NCBI GenBank assembly: GCA_951406725.2 | Contig: OX597821.1 | Coordinates: forward strand, 47,616,001-47,680,000 | Source of the DNA: Octopus vulgaris | Taxonomy: Eukaryota | Direction of reading: 5' to 3' | Length of the DNA stretch: 64,000 bases | Shown: one piece after another, positions 50,748 to 63,539 of the stretch | How positions within the stretch are numbered: the first letter of the stretch is position 1 | Layout of the letters: each line of letters opens with the position of its first letter | Translations under genes and position numbers: made by a program | The notes under the pieces: generated by a model | The model's database searches: none | What the model was told of the DNA's origin: nothing | The model's input: only the letters and a program-made list of their open reading frames with translations

Positions 50748-51083
50748 ACACAAATAGGTTAAGGTTCACTAGAACTCAAACATATTTTTTTATTGATGAA
50801 TAAACTGATATCATCAGTATTAAGTACAAACATGGCTACCCTAATCTCAACTATAACTTGGAGTCCTTGCTTTTATAATACCTTAATTCAAATGAATCCT
50901 AAAATTAATTATATATGTCACACGTGATCACGTGTGATACGTGATCACATGACCGATCAGACCATCAAATGTTGTTACACATCGCTGGTCACAAATGCGT
51001 TCGCATTGTTTTAGCCTTCAAATGATGCCACCCCGCTGGCTAAGCGAGCAGGCCAATTATATGTCTACGTATATGTATATATG

Positions 51084-51133
<50 letters not shown>

Positions 51134-51192
51134 CAGTACATGTATATACATATATGCACACACTTGTGTGTATGTTTATATATATATATGTA

Positions 51193-52426
51193 TCAGGTCA
51201 TCCCATAAATTCTGTCCGATTTTAACTTTTTTAAAATTGAATGAAATTTAATAGTATTTTAGAATGTCTAATGGAATTCTAAATTATTTTTATGCATTTG
51301 TGTACATTTAAACTAATTAAATATTATTTTACAGAATTTCTTTGGAAGTATCCAAAGAGCATTTGAGGCACATAATGCTTTATGAGTACAAAGAAGGTAA
51401 CTCTGCAACTAAAGCAACTCGAAACATACACTCAGTTTATGGGAAAGAATGCTTGAATGAAAGAACTAGCAGAAGATGGTTTGCAAAACTCAGAAGTGGA
51501 GATTCAGGCTTGAAGATGAAGATTGAACAGGATGTCCAGTTGAGTGTAATGATAAGCTCCTTGAGGTATTACTTGAAGAAAATCCTGCATATCAGTTGAA
51601 GAACTGGCATTAAAGCTTAGTTCAAACCATACATCTGTTCATCGTCATCTTGAACAACTTGGAAAATGGGTGACTCATGAATTGTCCGAAAGCAACTGCA
51701 ATCCCAAGTTGACATCTGCTCTTCTTTACATTCTCGTGAACTCATTTCACCCTTTTTGGATAGACTTGTGACTGCTGACGAAAAATGGATCTTCTATTGA
51801 AATGTTAAATGTCGTAAATAGTGGCTTGGTAAAAGGGAAAAGGCTCAACCACAACCAAGAAGAGAACTTCATGGGGGGAAAAAAATTCTTCTCTCTTTCT
51901 GGTGGGATTGCAAATGAGTAATTCACTTTGAATTGTTACCACCTAATGCAACAATCAATGCTCAAGTCTACTGTCAGCAGTTAGAGTGTTTAAACCAAGC
52001 TTTGAAGAAAAAACTACCTGCTTTAGCAAATCGAAAAGGAGTGATGTTTCATTAGGACAATGTGCGACCCCACACTGCAAAGATCACATCACAGAAGATC
52101 GAAGAGCTTGGTTGGGAAAAAATTCCTCATCCACCTTATTCTCCCAACCTTGCTCCTTCAGACCACTATCTGTTTTGTAGTTTACAGAATCATTTGGGAG
52201 ACATAACTTTCGCAGACCAGGAAGAGGTCAAAACTGACATTTCAGAGTTCTTTGCTTTGAAACCATAAGAGTTTTACATTGGTGGGATTAAAAAGCTTGT
52301 AAATTGATGGAAGGAAGTCATAGATAATCAGGGAAAGTACATTGATGATTAAATTTCATTAAATATAACATTTGGTCACTTGTTTTCTTTATTCAAAATT
52401 CGGACAGAATTTATGGGATGACTTGA
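51193..52426 (+). mobile_element. mariner (DD34D, Hsmar1/Mos1-like) full-length element, decayed transposase
   Basis: TA-tcaggtcatcccataaattctgtccga ... tcggacagaatttatgggatgacttga-TA. Motifs HLRHIMLYEY, WVTHEL, VTADEKW, DNVRPH, HPPYSPNLAPSD. Confidence 0.95.
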
Positions 52427-52823
52427 TATATACATGTACTGTACATACACACACACGCATGTATAAATGATATATTTATGTGTTTCTATGACTATTTAGA
52501 TATGTTTGTATAAGTCCTTTAGTATGGTTGAACAGAGATACTTGACTGGACATGTCTGATTTTGTGAAACAAATTACCACTTATTGAAGAACATGTGTAT
52601 ACAGGAAAATCTATCAAATCATCCATAACAAGACACATGCATGCAAACAATCATATATGCACATTTGTAAACATGCACACACTCTCTCTATATATATATA
52701 TCTCACACACACTCACACATCCATCCATCCGTCCATCCATCCGTCCATCCATCCGTTCATCCATCCATCCATCTGTCCATCCATCCATCCATCCATCCAT
52801 CTATCCATCCATCCATCCATCAA

Positions 52824-52865
<42 letters not shown>

Positions 52866-52872
<7 letters not shown>

Positions 52873-52985
52873 TGTTGTGTCTGGGGAGAGTAATTTTTTT
52901 CTGTGCCTTATAATTTAACACACTCAAGTGTGTTAAATTATAAGGCACAGAAAGAAAATGACTCTCCCCAGACACAACAGAATAT
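52866..52985. repeat. Near-perfect 120-bp palindrome
   Basis: attctgttgtgtctggggagagt..ttaacacact-ca-agtgtgttaa..actctccccagacacaacagaat. Confidence 0.9.
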
Positions 52986-53039
52986 GCTTCAACACTCAAA
53001 CTCACATAAAGAATCTTGCAAACCAAATCCAAAAACGAA

Positions 53040-53076
<37 letters not shown>

Positions 53077-53080
<4 letters not shown>

Positions 53081-53450
53081 GGCTGATAAAATAGTATCAG
53101 GACCAGTGCCATTAAGAGAAAACTACAACACATATCAATTTGGCATTTAATCTCCTTCAAAGTAGTCCCCTTCTAAAACAACACACTTAATCCAGTGCCA
53201 TTTCCTTTTTTAGGACAGCAAACAGCTGCCTTATTGTATTCTCATGGATTTTCTTAACATCTGGAAATTTTGTTCCATTCAAGTGGGATTTAACTTTTGG
53301 AATGAAAAAAAAAAGTCACAAGGGGTGAGATCTGGAGAATTTGGTGGTTATTGGATGTATGGAATGTTGTGATTAGCAAAAAACTACTGTAACTGAAAGC
53401 AGTTTTGGCACAAACTCAGCATGCACATGTCTCATACCCAAATCTTCAAA
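53077..53450 (-). mobile_element. mariner 3' fragment
   Basis: gagggctgataaaatagtatc terminus after (TA)n. Minus strand PPNSPDLTPCDFFF and EGDYFEGD. Confidence 0.7.
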
Positions 53451-54445
53451 GAGACAGGCTATACTTTTCATGCAAGGATGGTGACCATAGCCTCAAATCT
53501 ATATTGATGTCATATGAAGCAGGTATTGTGACACTGAAACAATATCTGCAGCAGAGGAAATAAATCAGTTACTATCTTACCCAGATGTGTGACCACGAAA
53601 TCAATAATATAATTAGAATAGCTAGTGAACTTGATGAGATGTATGAAATAAGAATTGATAAAGCTTTCTGTCCAAGGAGCATTGATAAAATCTATTTATC
53701 AGAAGAACAAAATATAAAGAAATGGACCTGGTCACTGGGAAGATAATACATGGGTACTTGGCATGATGTACTAGCAAGTTTATGACATCCCACTTTGGCG
53801 GTTACTTCCATGTAATTCAAGAACAAGAAATCCCCACCAAGTACCAAGTACCAAGAGGCAGAAAGCATTGACAGGCAACAAATATAGAATGTGTAAGACC
53901 AAAACTAAAGACATCAAGCACATTATTGCCAAATGCAAGGCAATGTCGTCCAGATATTATTTCCCCACAGAGCATGATGTGGTGGTGGCCAGGGGGAAGC
54001 AAAAAAGAAAACACCTACAGGCAAAGTTGATTCCATTGAAACCAATGGGTCAAAAGAATGTTAGAGGAACTTAGAAATTAAAACAGCCTGATAGTTGAAT
54101 GAGAACCAGCCAGATATTGTTGTGTGGAATCAGAAGGAAAAGATATGTTCTGTGGTGGAAATCAGCTGCCCTCTGAACACAAGCATAGTTTGAAAAATAC
54201 AAGAGAAAGAAGTCATCTATGGACCATTGATAAGGAGTTTGCATATCTAGAATCCAAGATACACTTTCAGCTTCATACCTATTATTATTGAAGTAACTGA
54301 GTACATACCAACCTAACTGGAGCAAAGTATGGCTAAATTTGGGTTCTTGGGGTGAGGACACAAAACCTAAATTCATATGCTGTAAAAGATAACAATATCT
54401 GGGACAATGGTAATCTGTGAGTCCTTCTTAAGAATTAAAGGATAA
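53450..54445 (+). mobile_element. R4/Dong-type RLE LINE C-terminal remnant
   Basis: IQEQEIPTKY, YRMCKTKTKDIKHIIAKC, EHDVV, NQPDIVVWN..VVEISCP. Confidence 0.75.
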
Positions 54446-55604
54446 TGGTTAAAACAAGCTTTCTTTCACAACCTTGCTACCAAGTAGATGGACAGTCAAA
54501 ATTTACTCTAAATTAAAAAGAGAAATAGTTCAAACATATATACATATTGTATTATCAGTTTTTCAGCTTATTTTAGATTTCTGTTTTGTTTATCGAACAG
54601 TAATTATTGAATAAAAATTTAATTTTATTCATGAAAATTATTTGTTTTTTAAAATTAAGATTTAGACTAAATATTAAATGTAATTGAATTTTGATCTTTC
54701 TTCACAATTTGGTAATTTTAAGGAATGATTCCCTCCTATATTTTCTTCTGCAGTTTTGTGTTATCGAATTCTTTAATATGCAAACACATGATTTCCTTTT
54801 TGAAAGTGTATTTTAGATACCTTTAGATTATTGTTATATGCCTGTATAATATAACATTTGATGCAGTTGTTGCTTAGTTTGCAGGTCAGTCTTGATTAAG
54901 AAAGTTCCAGCTCCAACTACTCAATTTATTTTCAGTCTCAATTTATCCAGAACTGCCTAATTCAACATGTCCTTCATTTTTTACAGTATGCCTAAATGAT
55001 ATTTGGTTTCTATTTCTAGTAAGTCAATCAACCATAGAGAAACATCTTCTTTGGCTCACACCCAATGTATAATATACTGATAGGAATGGCAAATTTCCAC
55101 AATTATAAATATATTTATAGATCTATATAGAGCACCAATGAGTCAGGTGGTAGGGGAATGGAGCTGAATTATGTAGCCTTTGACTTCAATATTTTTGTAA
55201 TAGAGGTAAATGATTTATCTCTTATTCTAATTTTGAGAGATAGGAGTGGGGAAACCCTTTTAATACCACAAACATAGTGCAAAAGTACATGAGAACTTGT
55301 GAGTGTGCATCAGTACTGAGAAAACAGTGAGTATTTAATTTTACAAATCCATAGCACAGTAATTTATATTAAATTACTGTTTTGCCTTAAACTATCAGCA
55401 AACAGCTTCGAATTTGAATGTGGGTGTGGGGGATCCACCAACCATTGTTTTACATGATTGTATTGACAATTTTTAGACGATGGTTTTCATCAGTTTGTGA
55501 ATAGGATTAGGAGTGAGTTTTGAAATAAATGTAATGAACTGTATATGTAGGTGTATATCGTCATTAGCAGAATCCATGTTAGTGTGTTGTAACTTTACTA
55601 CTAC

Positions 55605-55635
<31 letters not shown>

Positions 55636-56620
55636 GTGTCGGTGGCACATAAAAACACCAACCGAAGACCCGGCAAGACTAGTCAGGCCATAACCCATGG
55701 CCCCTACTTGGGACGTAGTCAGTCCACCTGTGCATACCTTCCTTCCTTCTTGTGACACTTGTGAAGACCTGTTGAGGCAAGTGAAATCAAATCAAATCAA
55801 ATCAAAATAGATGAACATCAATGGAATTTGTATCTTGTGGCACACAAGAAAACCATCCGAACGTGGCCGTAGCCAGTACCGCATCGACTGGCCTCCGTGC
55901 TGTGGGCACGCAACAAACACCATCCGATCATGGCCGTTCGCCAGCCTCATCTGGCACCTGTGTCGGTGGCACATAAAAACACCATCCGAAGACCCGGCAA
56001 GACTAGTCAGGCCATAACCCGTGGCCCCTACCTGGGACGTAGTCAGTCCACCTGTGCATACCTTCCTTCTTGTGACACTTGTGAAGACCTGTTGAGGCAA
56101 GTGAAAATCAAATCAAATCAAATCAAAACAAATCAAAATAGATGAACATCAATGGAATTTGTATCTTTGTGGCACCAGTGCCGGTGGCACACAAGAAAAT
56201 CATCCGAACGTGGCCGTAGCCAGTACCGCATAGACTGGCCTCCGTGCTTTGGGGACGTAACAAACACCATCCGATCGTGGCCGTCCGCCAGCCTCATCTG
56301 GCACCTGTGTCGGTGGCACATAAAAACACCATCCGAGCGTGGCCGTCTGCCAGCCTCGTCTGGCACCTGTGTCGGTGGCACATAAAAACACCATCCGAGC
56401 GTGGCCGTTCGCCAGCCTCGTCTGGCACCTGTGTCGGTGGCACATAAAATCACCCACTACACTCTCGGAGTGGTTGGCATTAGGAAGGGCATCCAGCTGT
56501 AGAAACACTGCCAGATCTGACTGGCCTGGTGCAGCCTTCGGGCTCCCCAGACCCCAGTTGAACCGTCCAACCCATGCTAGCATGGAAAACGGACGCTAAA
56601 TGATGATGATGATGATGATG
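55636..56620 (+). mobile_element. Young RTE 3' UTR with nested tandem repeats (~324/347-bp units and 62-bp units)
   Basis: gtgtcggtggcacataaaa recurs at 55636, 55960, 56307, 56369 and 56431. Ends in the RTE (ATG)n tail. Confidence 0.85.
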
Positions 56621-56641
56621 ATTATTATTATTATTATTATT

Positions 56642-57179
56642 GTATGAGAGAGCAATGCATGCCATCAAAGTGACACTGGGGTACAAATATAAAAAACTCA
56701 ATATACCCCATATGACTCCCCGTCTGATAAGAATACACTAGGCACATGCATCACAACCACATGTGCATGACATGGGTATCTCATATGAAGATAACCAGTG
56801 CATGATCTTTCAGGTAGGGCCCAGTTGGTATTTTCTTCAGGTCAAGTAGCCCATTCTGCTCAAAAGGTTCCTGAACAAGGGTTGTTTAAGGATGTTGAAC
56901 AAAACACCCAGATTTGCAAGAGTGAATTAGTCAAACCACAAAGAATTCCTCTCGACACATAGCTATGATGCTCCCCCACTACTCCTGCACATGACTAGAG
57001 ATGTACATATTGTCAGCTATTAAGGGACATGCTCAAGCAACTGACAAGCAAATCTGTGACATTGAACAGAATATTTTCTGTAGCCCATCTTTTGCATCAA
57101 GACAAAACATACATGATAACACTTCTGATCAGTTAAGATCAGAAACTATGAGAACTACTGTCTGGTACTGCATCAGAGC
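56642..57179 (-). mobile_element. Family D element, near full length
   Basis: Homologous to 58151-58696. Sits in (ATT)n directly after the RTE tail. Confidence 0.85.
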
Positions 57180-58150
57180 TAATTATCATCATCATTATTA
57201 TAAATGCAGCTAACTGCTTGAATGGTTAGAATCCTGATCAAAATGCTTAAAGGTATTTCATTTGTCCTTAGGTTCTAAGTTCAAATTCTGCTGAGGCCCA
57301 CTTTGCCTTTTATCCTTTCAGAGCCAGTTGATCTTTGGAGTCGATGTAATCAATGAAACTCCTCCCCCAAAATATCAGGCCCTCTGTTTGTAGAAAGAAA
57401 GAATTATTATCATATTTTGCTGAGTATGATGGAAAGTGTTAGGTGTCCACAGCCAGCTGACTAAGGTGACACTTGTTTACTGGTCATGCTTCAAGAACCC
57501 TGCAAAGAATTCTTGCAGTTCCAAGCAATGCTGATTTTTGTAGGTGTTCTACCTTCACACTTGCACCAATCTTTTTCAGCCATGTTGATAGTTGAGTACT
57601 GATACTTCCAAGTGCACAAGTTACTGTTGGTATCACGCCTGCTCTCTTCATTAACCACAACCTTCGTATTTCCCACTTTAAATATTGTTGTTGTTGTTGT
57701 TATTAGTGACTTACTGCTCTCCCACTGTTCCCCGTGGGCAGACCCTCTCTATCTCACTCTGGTTGTCTCTCTGTTTCTCTCTCTAACTCTCTCTTACCTT
57801 CCTCTCCTTCCATATCCTACTGAAGTTGCCACTTATCTCCTAGATAGTAAGAGGGCTACCTCTGCCCCTCTATCATACTTTAAACTCTCAGTTTCACATC
57901 CTCTCTCAGCTGAAAGGTCACAGGTGCTGGTGCCAAGTAAAAAGCACCCATGTTGGTACCATATAAAAAGTTCAAATTCCACCAAATTCTAAGTTCAAAT
58001 TCCACCAAGGTTGGCTTTGCCTTTCCTTCTTTCAGGATTGATAAAACAATTACCAGTTAATCACTGCAGGTGATGTAATCATGTAACATAACCTCCCTTC
58101 AAATTTCAGTCACTATATCTACAGTAGAAAGGATTATTATTATTATTAAT

Positions 58151-58696
58151 GAGTGAGAGAGCAGTGCATGCCATCAACATGACACTGGCGTAAAATATAT
58201 GAAGCCCAGTACACCCATCATGACTACCCATCTGATAATAGTACTCCAGGCACATGCATCACAACCATATGCATGCAACATGGTGAATTCTGCATCAAAA
58301 TAAACAGAACATGACTTTACAGGTGGGGCCCAGTTAGAATTTTCTTCAGGGCGAGTAGCCCTTCCCACTCAAAAGATCCCTGAATAAGGGTTGTTTAAGA
58401 ATATTGAACAAAATACCCATGTTTCCAGAGGTGAATTATTCAAGCCCCAAAGAATTCCTCTCAACACATGATTATGATGCTCCCCAAATACTTCTGCTCG
58501 TGATCAGAGATGCACATATCATCAGCCACTATGGGACATGCTCAACTGGTTAAGTTCAAACAACTGACAAGCAAATCTGTGGTATTGAGCAGAATATTTG
58601 CTGTAGCCCATCTTTTATTCTGAGACAAAACAAGTACATGATAAAACTTCTAATTAATTAAGATCAGAAAGCCAGTGCATGGGACTGCATCAGAGC
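58151..58696 (-). mobile_element. Family D element, near full length
   Basis: gagtgagagagcagtgcatgccatcaa ... actgcatcagagc. Follows a SINE C tail ggattattatt. Confidence 0.85.
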
Positions 58697-58940
58697 ATTT
58701 ATTATCATTATTATTAGCTGTTGTTGTTGTTGTTATTGGTAGAGTCGTTAGCAGACTGGGCACAATGCCTAGCGGCCATCTTCACATCCTGTGTACTAAT
58801 TTGACTGTGCTTGACTTTGCCTTTAATTCTTTTGGAGTCTGTAAAATAAGTACCAGTTGAGAACTGGGGTTAATCTAATCAAAATTTGTGCCAAAATTTG
58901 AAACCGTTATTATTATTATTATTATAATTATTATTATCAC

Positions 58941-58986
<46 letters not shown>

Positions 58987-58998
58987 GTTGTTATCACT

Positions 58999-60110
58999 AT
59001 ATGTTTGGCTTTTGCCTGGAGATCTCAAGAGACAACGAGTTAGAAGTTCAACTTGGTGTTAATAGTAGGGTGCCATTTATTTGGTTTTCCACAGAGTATT
59101 GTTCTAGAGAATGTCTGTCAGAACATAAGAAAATTAGAAGTTTGCTTTAAAAGTAATTTGGTGATACGATGATTGTGTGATGTTAATATGACAGTAGAAG
59201 GTGTTTGCAATTATGTACATTTAAAAGTACTTTTGGCAATGTTTACAAATTAAAATGTTTTTGGAATTACATAGGCAATATTTTTCATAGGATATGAGCA
59301 GTTCTCATGTGCACTATTTTTTAAATTTCTTCCATTTTTGGATTTCCTGGTATCTGAGACAGGTAGCAGTCAGCCCCTTTTTGCTAGCATTCCTAGGGCA
59401 CCATTATTCAGTTGTGTGGATAAAAGGAACTGAGCAAGGCAGAATAGTAATGGTGATAATGATTCACTTTGAAAGATACCACAGGTGATATTGATGTCTG
59501 GTGAGGTGGTGTATCTGTGTGTATGGTTTAAAATGAGGGTGGTTCTCCACGAATTCATGATTACCTTTAAAAAGTTCACAATTGTTGGAGCTATCTTGTA
59601 AATTTCCAGAGCCTTGATGATCCATACATCGGGAACACTGTCAAAAGCCTTCTTATAATCTATTTAAGCAGTGCTAAGGTTTCTACATTTGGATTTGCAA
59701 TTTTCAATGACCGTTTTATCAATCAGTAATCGATCCTTTTACATCTCTTTTGTTCCACTGGGAATAACTTCCTATTGTCCAAAACTTCATATGCTCTATT
59801 CACTATTATAGCTGCTAATAGTTTATATATGGTGGTGAGGTATGTTATGGGTTGGTATTTTGAGGGGGTTAGTAGTTTCTTCTGTTTTTGGTAGGAGATA
59901 TGTTATCCCTTCTGTAAGCCACTTTGGGGCTTTCACAGAGTTGGACATGACTTCATTGAATGCTATGGCTAAGTTGTGGTGGGTGCTCATTAAAGCAGCC
60001 AAAAATTTGGTATCTTATCTATACCTGGGGATTTCCATCTCTTTGATGTGGCAAGCACTGCTTTCACTTCTACACCAGTTATATCCTGCTATTCTTGATA
60101 TTTGAGGGAA
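58999..60110 (-). mobile_element. R4/Dong-type LINE, internally deleted (3' UTR + C-terminus joined to RT); same family as 27076-27965
   Basis: Shares gagacaac and ggatatgagcagtt..gatttcctggtatctgag with 27140-27300. RT motifs DYKKAFDSVP and CGIFQSESLSPLLFCLA. (ATT)n on both sides. Confidence 0.85.
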
Positions 60111-60142
60111 GCATTGGCCTTTTCTATATCCCAATTATTATC

Positions 60143-60194
<52 letters not shown>

Positions 60195-60224
60195 ACCATT
60201 ATTATCATCATCATCATCATCATC

Positions 60225-60256
<32 letters not shown>

Positions 60257-60958
60257 CCGCAGCAGCAGCAGTAGAAAACCTTATAATCTCTTGGTTAGTC
60301 AAAATGGTTCAGTGAAATAAATCTGAGTTAAATAAGGTTATATTCGACTTATAGATATTTAGAGAGCCATATTAACTAGTTTATAACTTAATTAACTATG
60401 TCTGTGGATAGGTCATTGATTACACTGTAGAAACAATGACTGAATAACAATTGATGAATTTGCTCTACTTCATTGCCTTGATTTATATATCTCTCTTGTC
60501 TATTTGGCATTACCAATTTCTTAATCAATAGAACTATTAAAAATAAAAATAATTATGAAATAAATCATGGCTAAACGGAGGCATTACTGATTTTATACAT
60601 TCAAACATGAATTAATTAAATGCAAATAATAAAATGGTTAAAAATAAACTTTTGTTTTCATCAGTAATTAAATTAATCAGTGAAATGATTATTTTTGCCC
60701 TAACAATGGCTGCTTTTACGAAGCAGTGGAACTATTGTCTGGAGACACAAATAGGTAGATATATCTCTCTAGATTTGATATTGTCACACAGAAAATGATC
60801 TCTTAACATTATTGCACTATTTTAATTTTGGAAGGATACACTATGCACACACACACACACACGTGCGCGCACACACAAACACACACACATACCACATACA
60901 CATATATTTATGTATATGAGTGTGTGTATGTATATATGTGCATGTGTGTATGTGTGTG

Positions 60959-60990
<32 letters not shown>

Positions 60991-61224
60991 TGTATATGAA
61001 TATAGATTTATATATATATATTTATTTAAATACATGTGTATATTCATATAATTATCTATGCATATGTATACATATATATTCCTCATAAATACATCACTGT
61101 ATGAGAAAAATATATAAAGAAAAATCAATGAATTATTTAGTTGAATTCATTTATATTCTTCTTTCTCTTGAAATGGAAACAAATTTTCCTTAATTCGATT
61201 TAATAGTCTATTCATAAGAATAAG

Positions 61225-61740
61225 AGCAGCTGGTGCAGTCGATGCCGTTAAAGACACAATGTGATCAGCGATGATGGTGCACATTATGTGTATTCTGCAA
61301 ATGGTGCAGATGACACAGTCAGTGGTGCCTAGGTAGTTGCTGATAATGATGCAAACTGCACATTTTATGCAGATGGTGGAGATGATGTCAGTCATTGATG
61401 ATGGTTTGGATATGATGCATATTGTGCAGAGAGTGCTTCAAGTGCAAGTGGTAAAAGTTGCACATATTGTACAGATGGTATAAATGGTGCAAATAGTGTA
61501 AATAGATCTTGCAGCTGATACTGATTATACAGATGATACACATCATACATACAGTGCAGATGATGTAGAAGGTATTAGTGGTGGTATAAGTGGTACATGA
61601 AATACAGATGGTATGGTTGGTGTAGATGTTTGTGGTGGTGGTGGTGATGTAGATGTTATTGATAGTACAAGTAGTACATACAATACACATGGTACAGTGT
61701 TGAAAGTGGTATAAGTGGGAAACATGCTACAAATGACTAC
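61225..61740. repeat. Degenerate ~9-bp minisatellite (gcagatggt-like)
   Basis: Recurrent gatggtgca / gcagatgat / acagatggt with 9-nt periodicity. Frames interrupted. Confidence 0.6.
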
Positions 61741-61747
61741 CATATTA

Positions 61748-62976
61748 CAGGGTGTTTGAGTTAAGTGTGACAATATTTTATGTCTCTTTTTTTGAGGAAC
61801 AGTATGATGTATTGGTGAGCATAAAGATTAAAATTGTAGTTGAGGAAAAGTTAGTTGACATGGAGGAATGGAAGCCACCTAAATATTGGAAAAGAGCTAT
61901 CTATATCATGATGATTCAAGTTGGCTATCAAAATATTGACATCATGACTGCCACTCAATGCTTTGTGAACTCTGTAAAGTCTGTTAGATGTGATATGGAC
62001 AGATGCAACAAAGACTACGATGTTGTGGCCAGCAGGAAGGGATGCAACAGGCATTCTGGCTGTGTTCACATGCTGGAATTCATTTGACACCTGCAGGATA
62101 GTGTGATGGAAGATCCAAGCAAGGGAATCTGGGCTTTGGCAAGAAAGAGTGGTGTTGAAGTCACCACCATGAAGTTGGCCCTGAATGAGGACCTTTACTA
62201 CCACTCATACAAAAGGTGCAAGGGACAAATTCTGACATCCAAAGCTAAGGAGAACCTTTTGATGAAGACAAAGAAGCTCCTGAACAAGCTGAGGCATCCT
62301 TTTGAGCTGGGGATGATCAGATTCTTCTCAGATGAAAAGAACTTCTGCCAGGACTAGTTGCATAGCACCCATGCCTTACCTGCATTCCATGTGATGTTTT
62401 ACATATCATGATAACCAAGTTCCTCTAAACTGTGATTGTTTTTGTGTGTATCTCCAGTGAGGGCAACATGATGCCAATCCACATCTTTGAACTTGGCCTT
62501 AGCCTCAATTCAGATGATTATTGTTAAGCTACTGGAGAGGGTTGTTGCTGGAAGGCCATATGTGCAGGAGCAGGATTTGGTTTTGTGCCATACTTCCAGC
62601 AAGTCAGAAGTGAATGTTGGAGAATTTCTATGATTTCATCAGCTCCTATTTCAGGCTTCCTAATTTCCCATATTGGATTACTATGAGTGAGGCATGGTTG
62701 AGAAAGACACCAAACTCTTTATCTGCAACACCAAAGCTGAACAGGTGGCCATGATCAAGGTGCTTGAAGATATTCCTAGGGACGCAGTAAGGATCACATG
62801 CACCAAGTTCCAGAGTCATCTTGAGACTGTTGTGGAAGCTGAGGGAGGTTCTTTGAGTAAACTGTTGTCTCCAAGCCATAAACTAATTGATATTTTTTTG
62901 ATTTTTTAAAATACTTTTATTTTTGGATGGGATATTCTGTTTCTTTCCCTTTTATACAATTTACCCAGACACCCTC
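61748..62976 (+). mobile_element. maT/DD37D-type Tc1/mariner element, full length, decayed
   Basis: TA-cagggtgtttgagttaa ... ttacccagacaccctc-TA. Motifs FFSDEKNFCQD, VSSEG.MMP.HIF, LDYY, F.SHLETVVEAEG. Confidence 0.85.
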
Positions 62977-63539
62977 TATATATTTTTCTTTTCTTTTATT
63001 GTGTTGTACTTGTAGAATGACATACAACTTTACCTGCTATACTGCCACAGTCTGCTCAGTCAACAACTCCTACCCACAGCTAAATAATTATCAGTAAAGA
63101 AAATATTCAGCTGTCAAAGGACAAATGCTTTAATCACAGTTTACCAAAAATCTGTATACAGTAAGTCCTTTAGCTTTCAAAATGGAAAAGAAACAAATGC
63201 TTCTATGGTCTTAATTTAATCAAGAAAATATTTCCTCTCATTATTGATAACATAATCCCATCTATGTAACAAACTGTTGATCCTTTGGGCATAAAAGTTT
63301 TCAGTTTCAAAACAAAGAAACACTTAGTATAATTCTTAACTTCTTCACAATTAATAAACTGCTTCATCTACCCAACAATATTATTCATGTGCCCAACTCT
63401 TTCTTTGCATCAACCTTGCAGAACAATATGAACAGATAAACTTTCTTATTTAAATGGCCATTCGACTAGTTATGAAACTGTAAGTTCACTTCCTGTATTG
63501 TAAACTTATATATAATACAGGAAGTGAATATATATTGCC

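Noticed and set aside
55636-56450. CRISPR-like array (recurrent gtgtcggtggcacataaaa)
   Set aside because: The intervening sequences are themselves repeated rather than unique spacers, the array is part of an RTE 3' UTR, the context is eukaryotic, and there are no cas genes.
58490-58535. CUGAUGA inside family D as a hammerhead
   Set aside because: No GAAA/stem III/cleavage triplet in pairing register.
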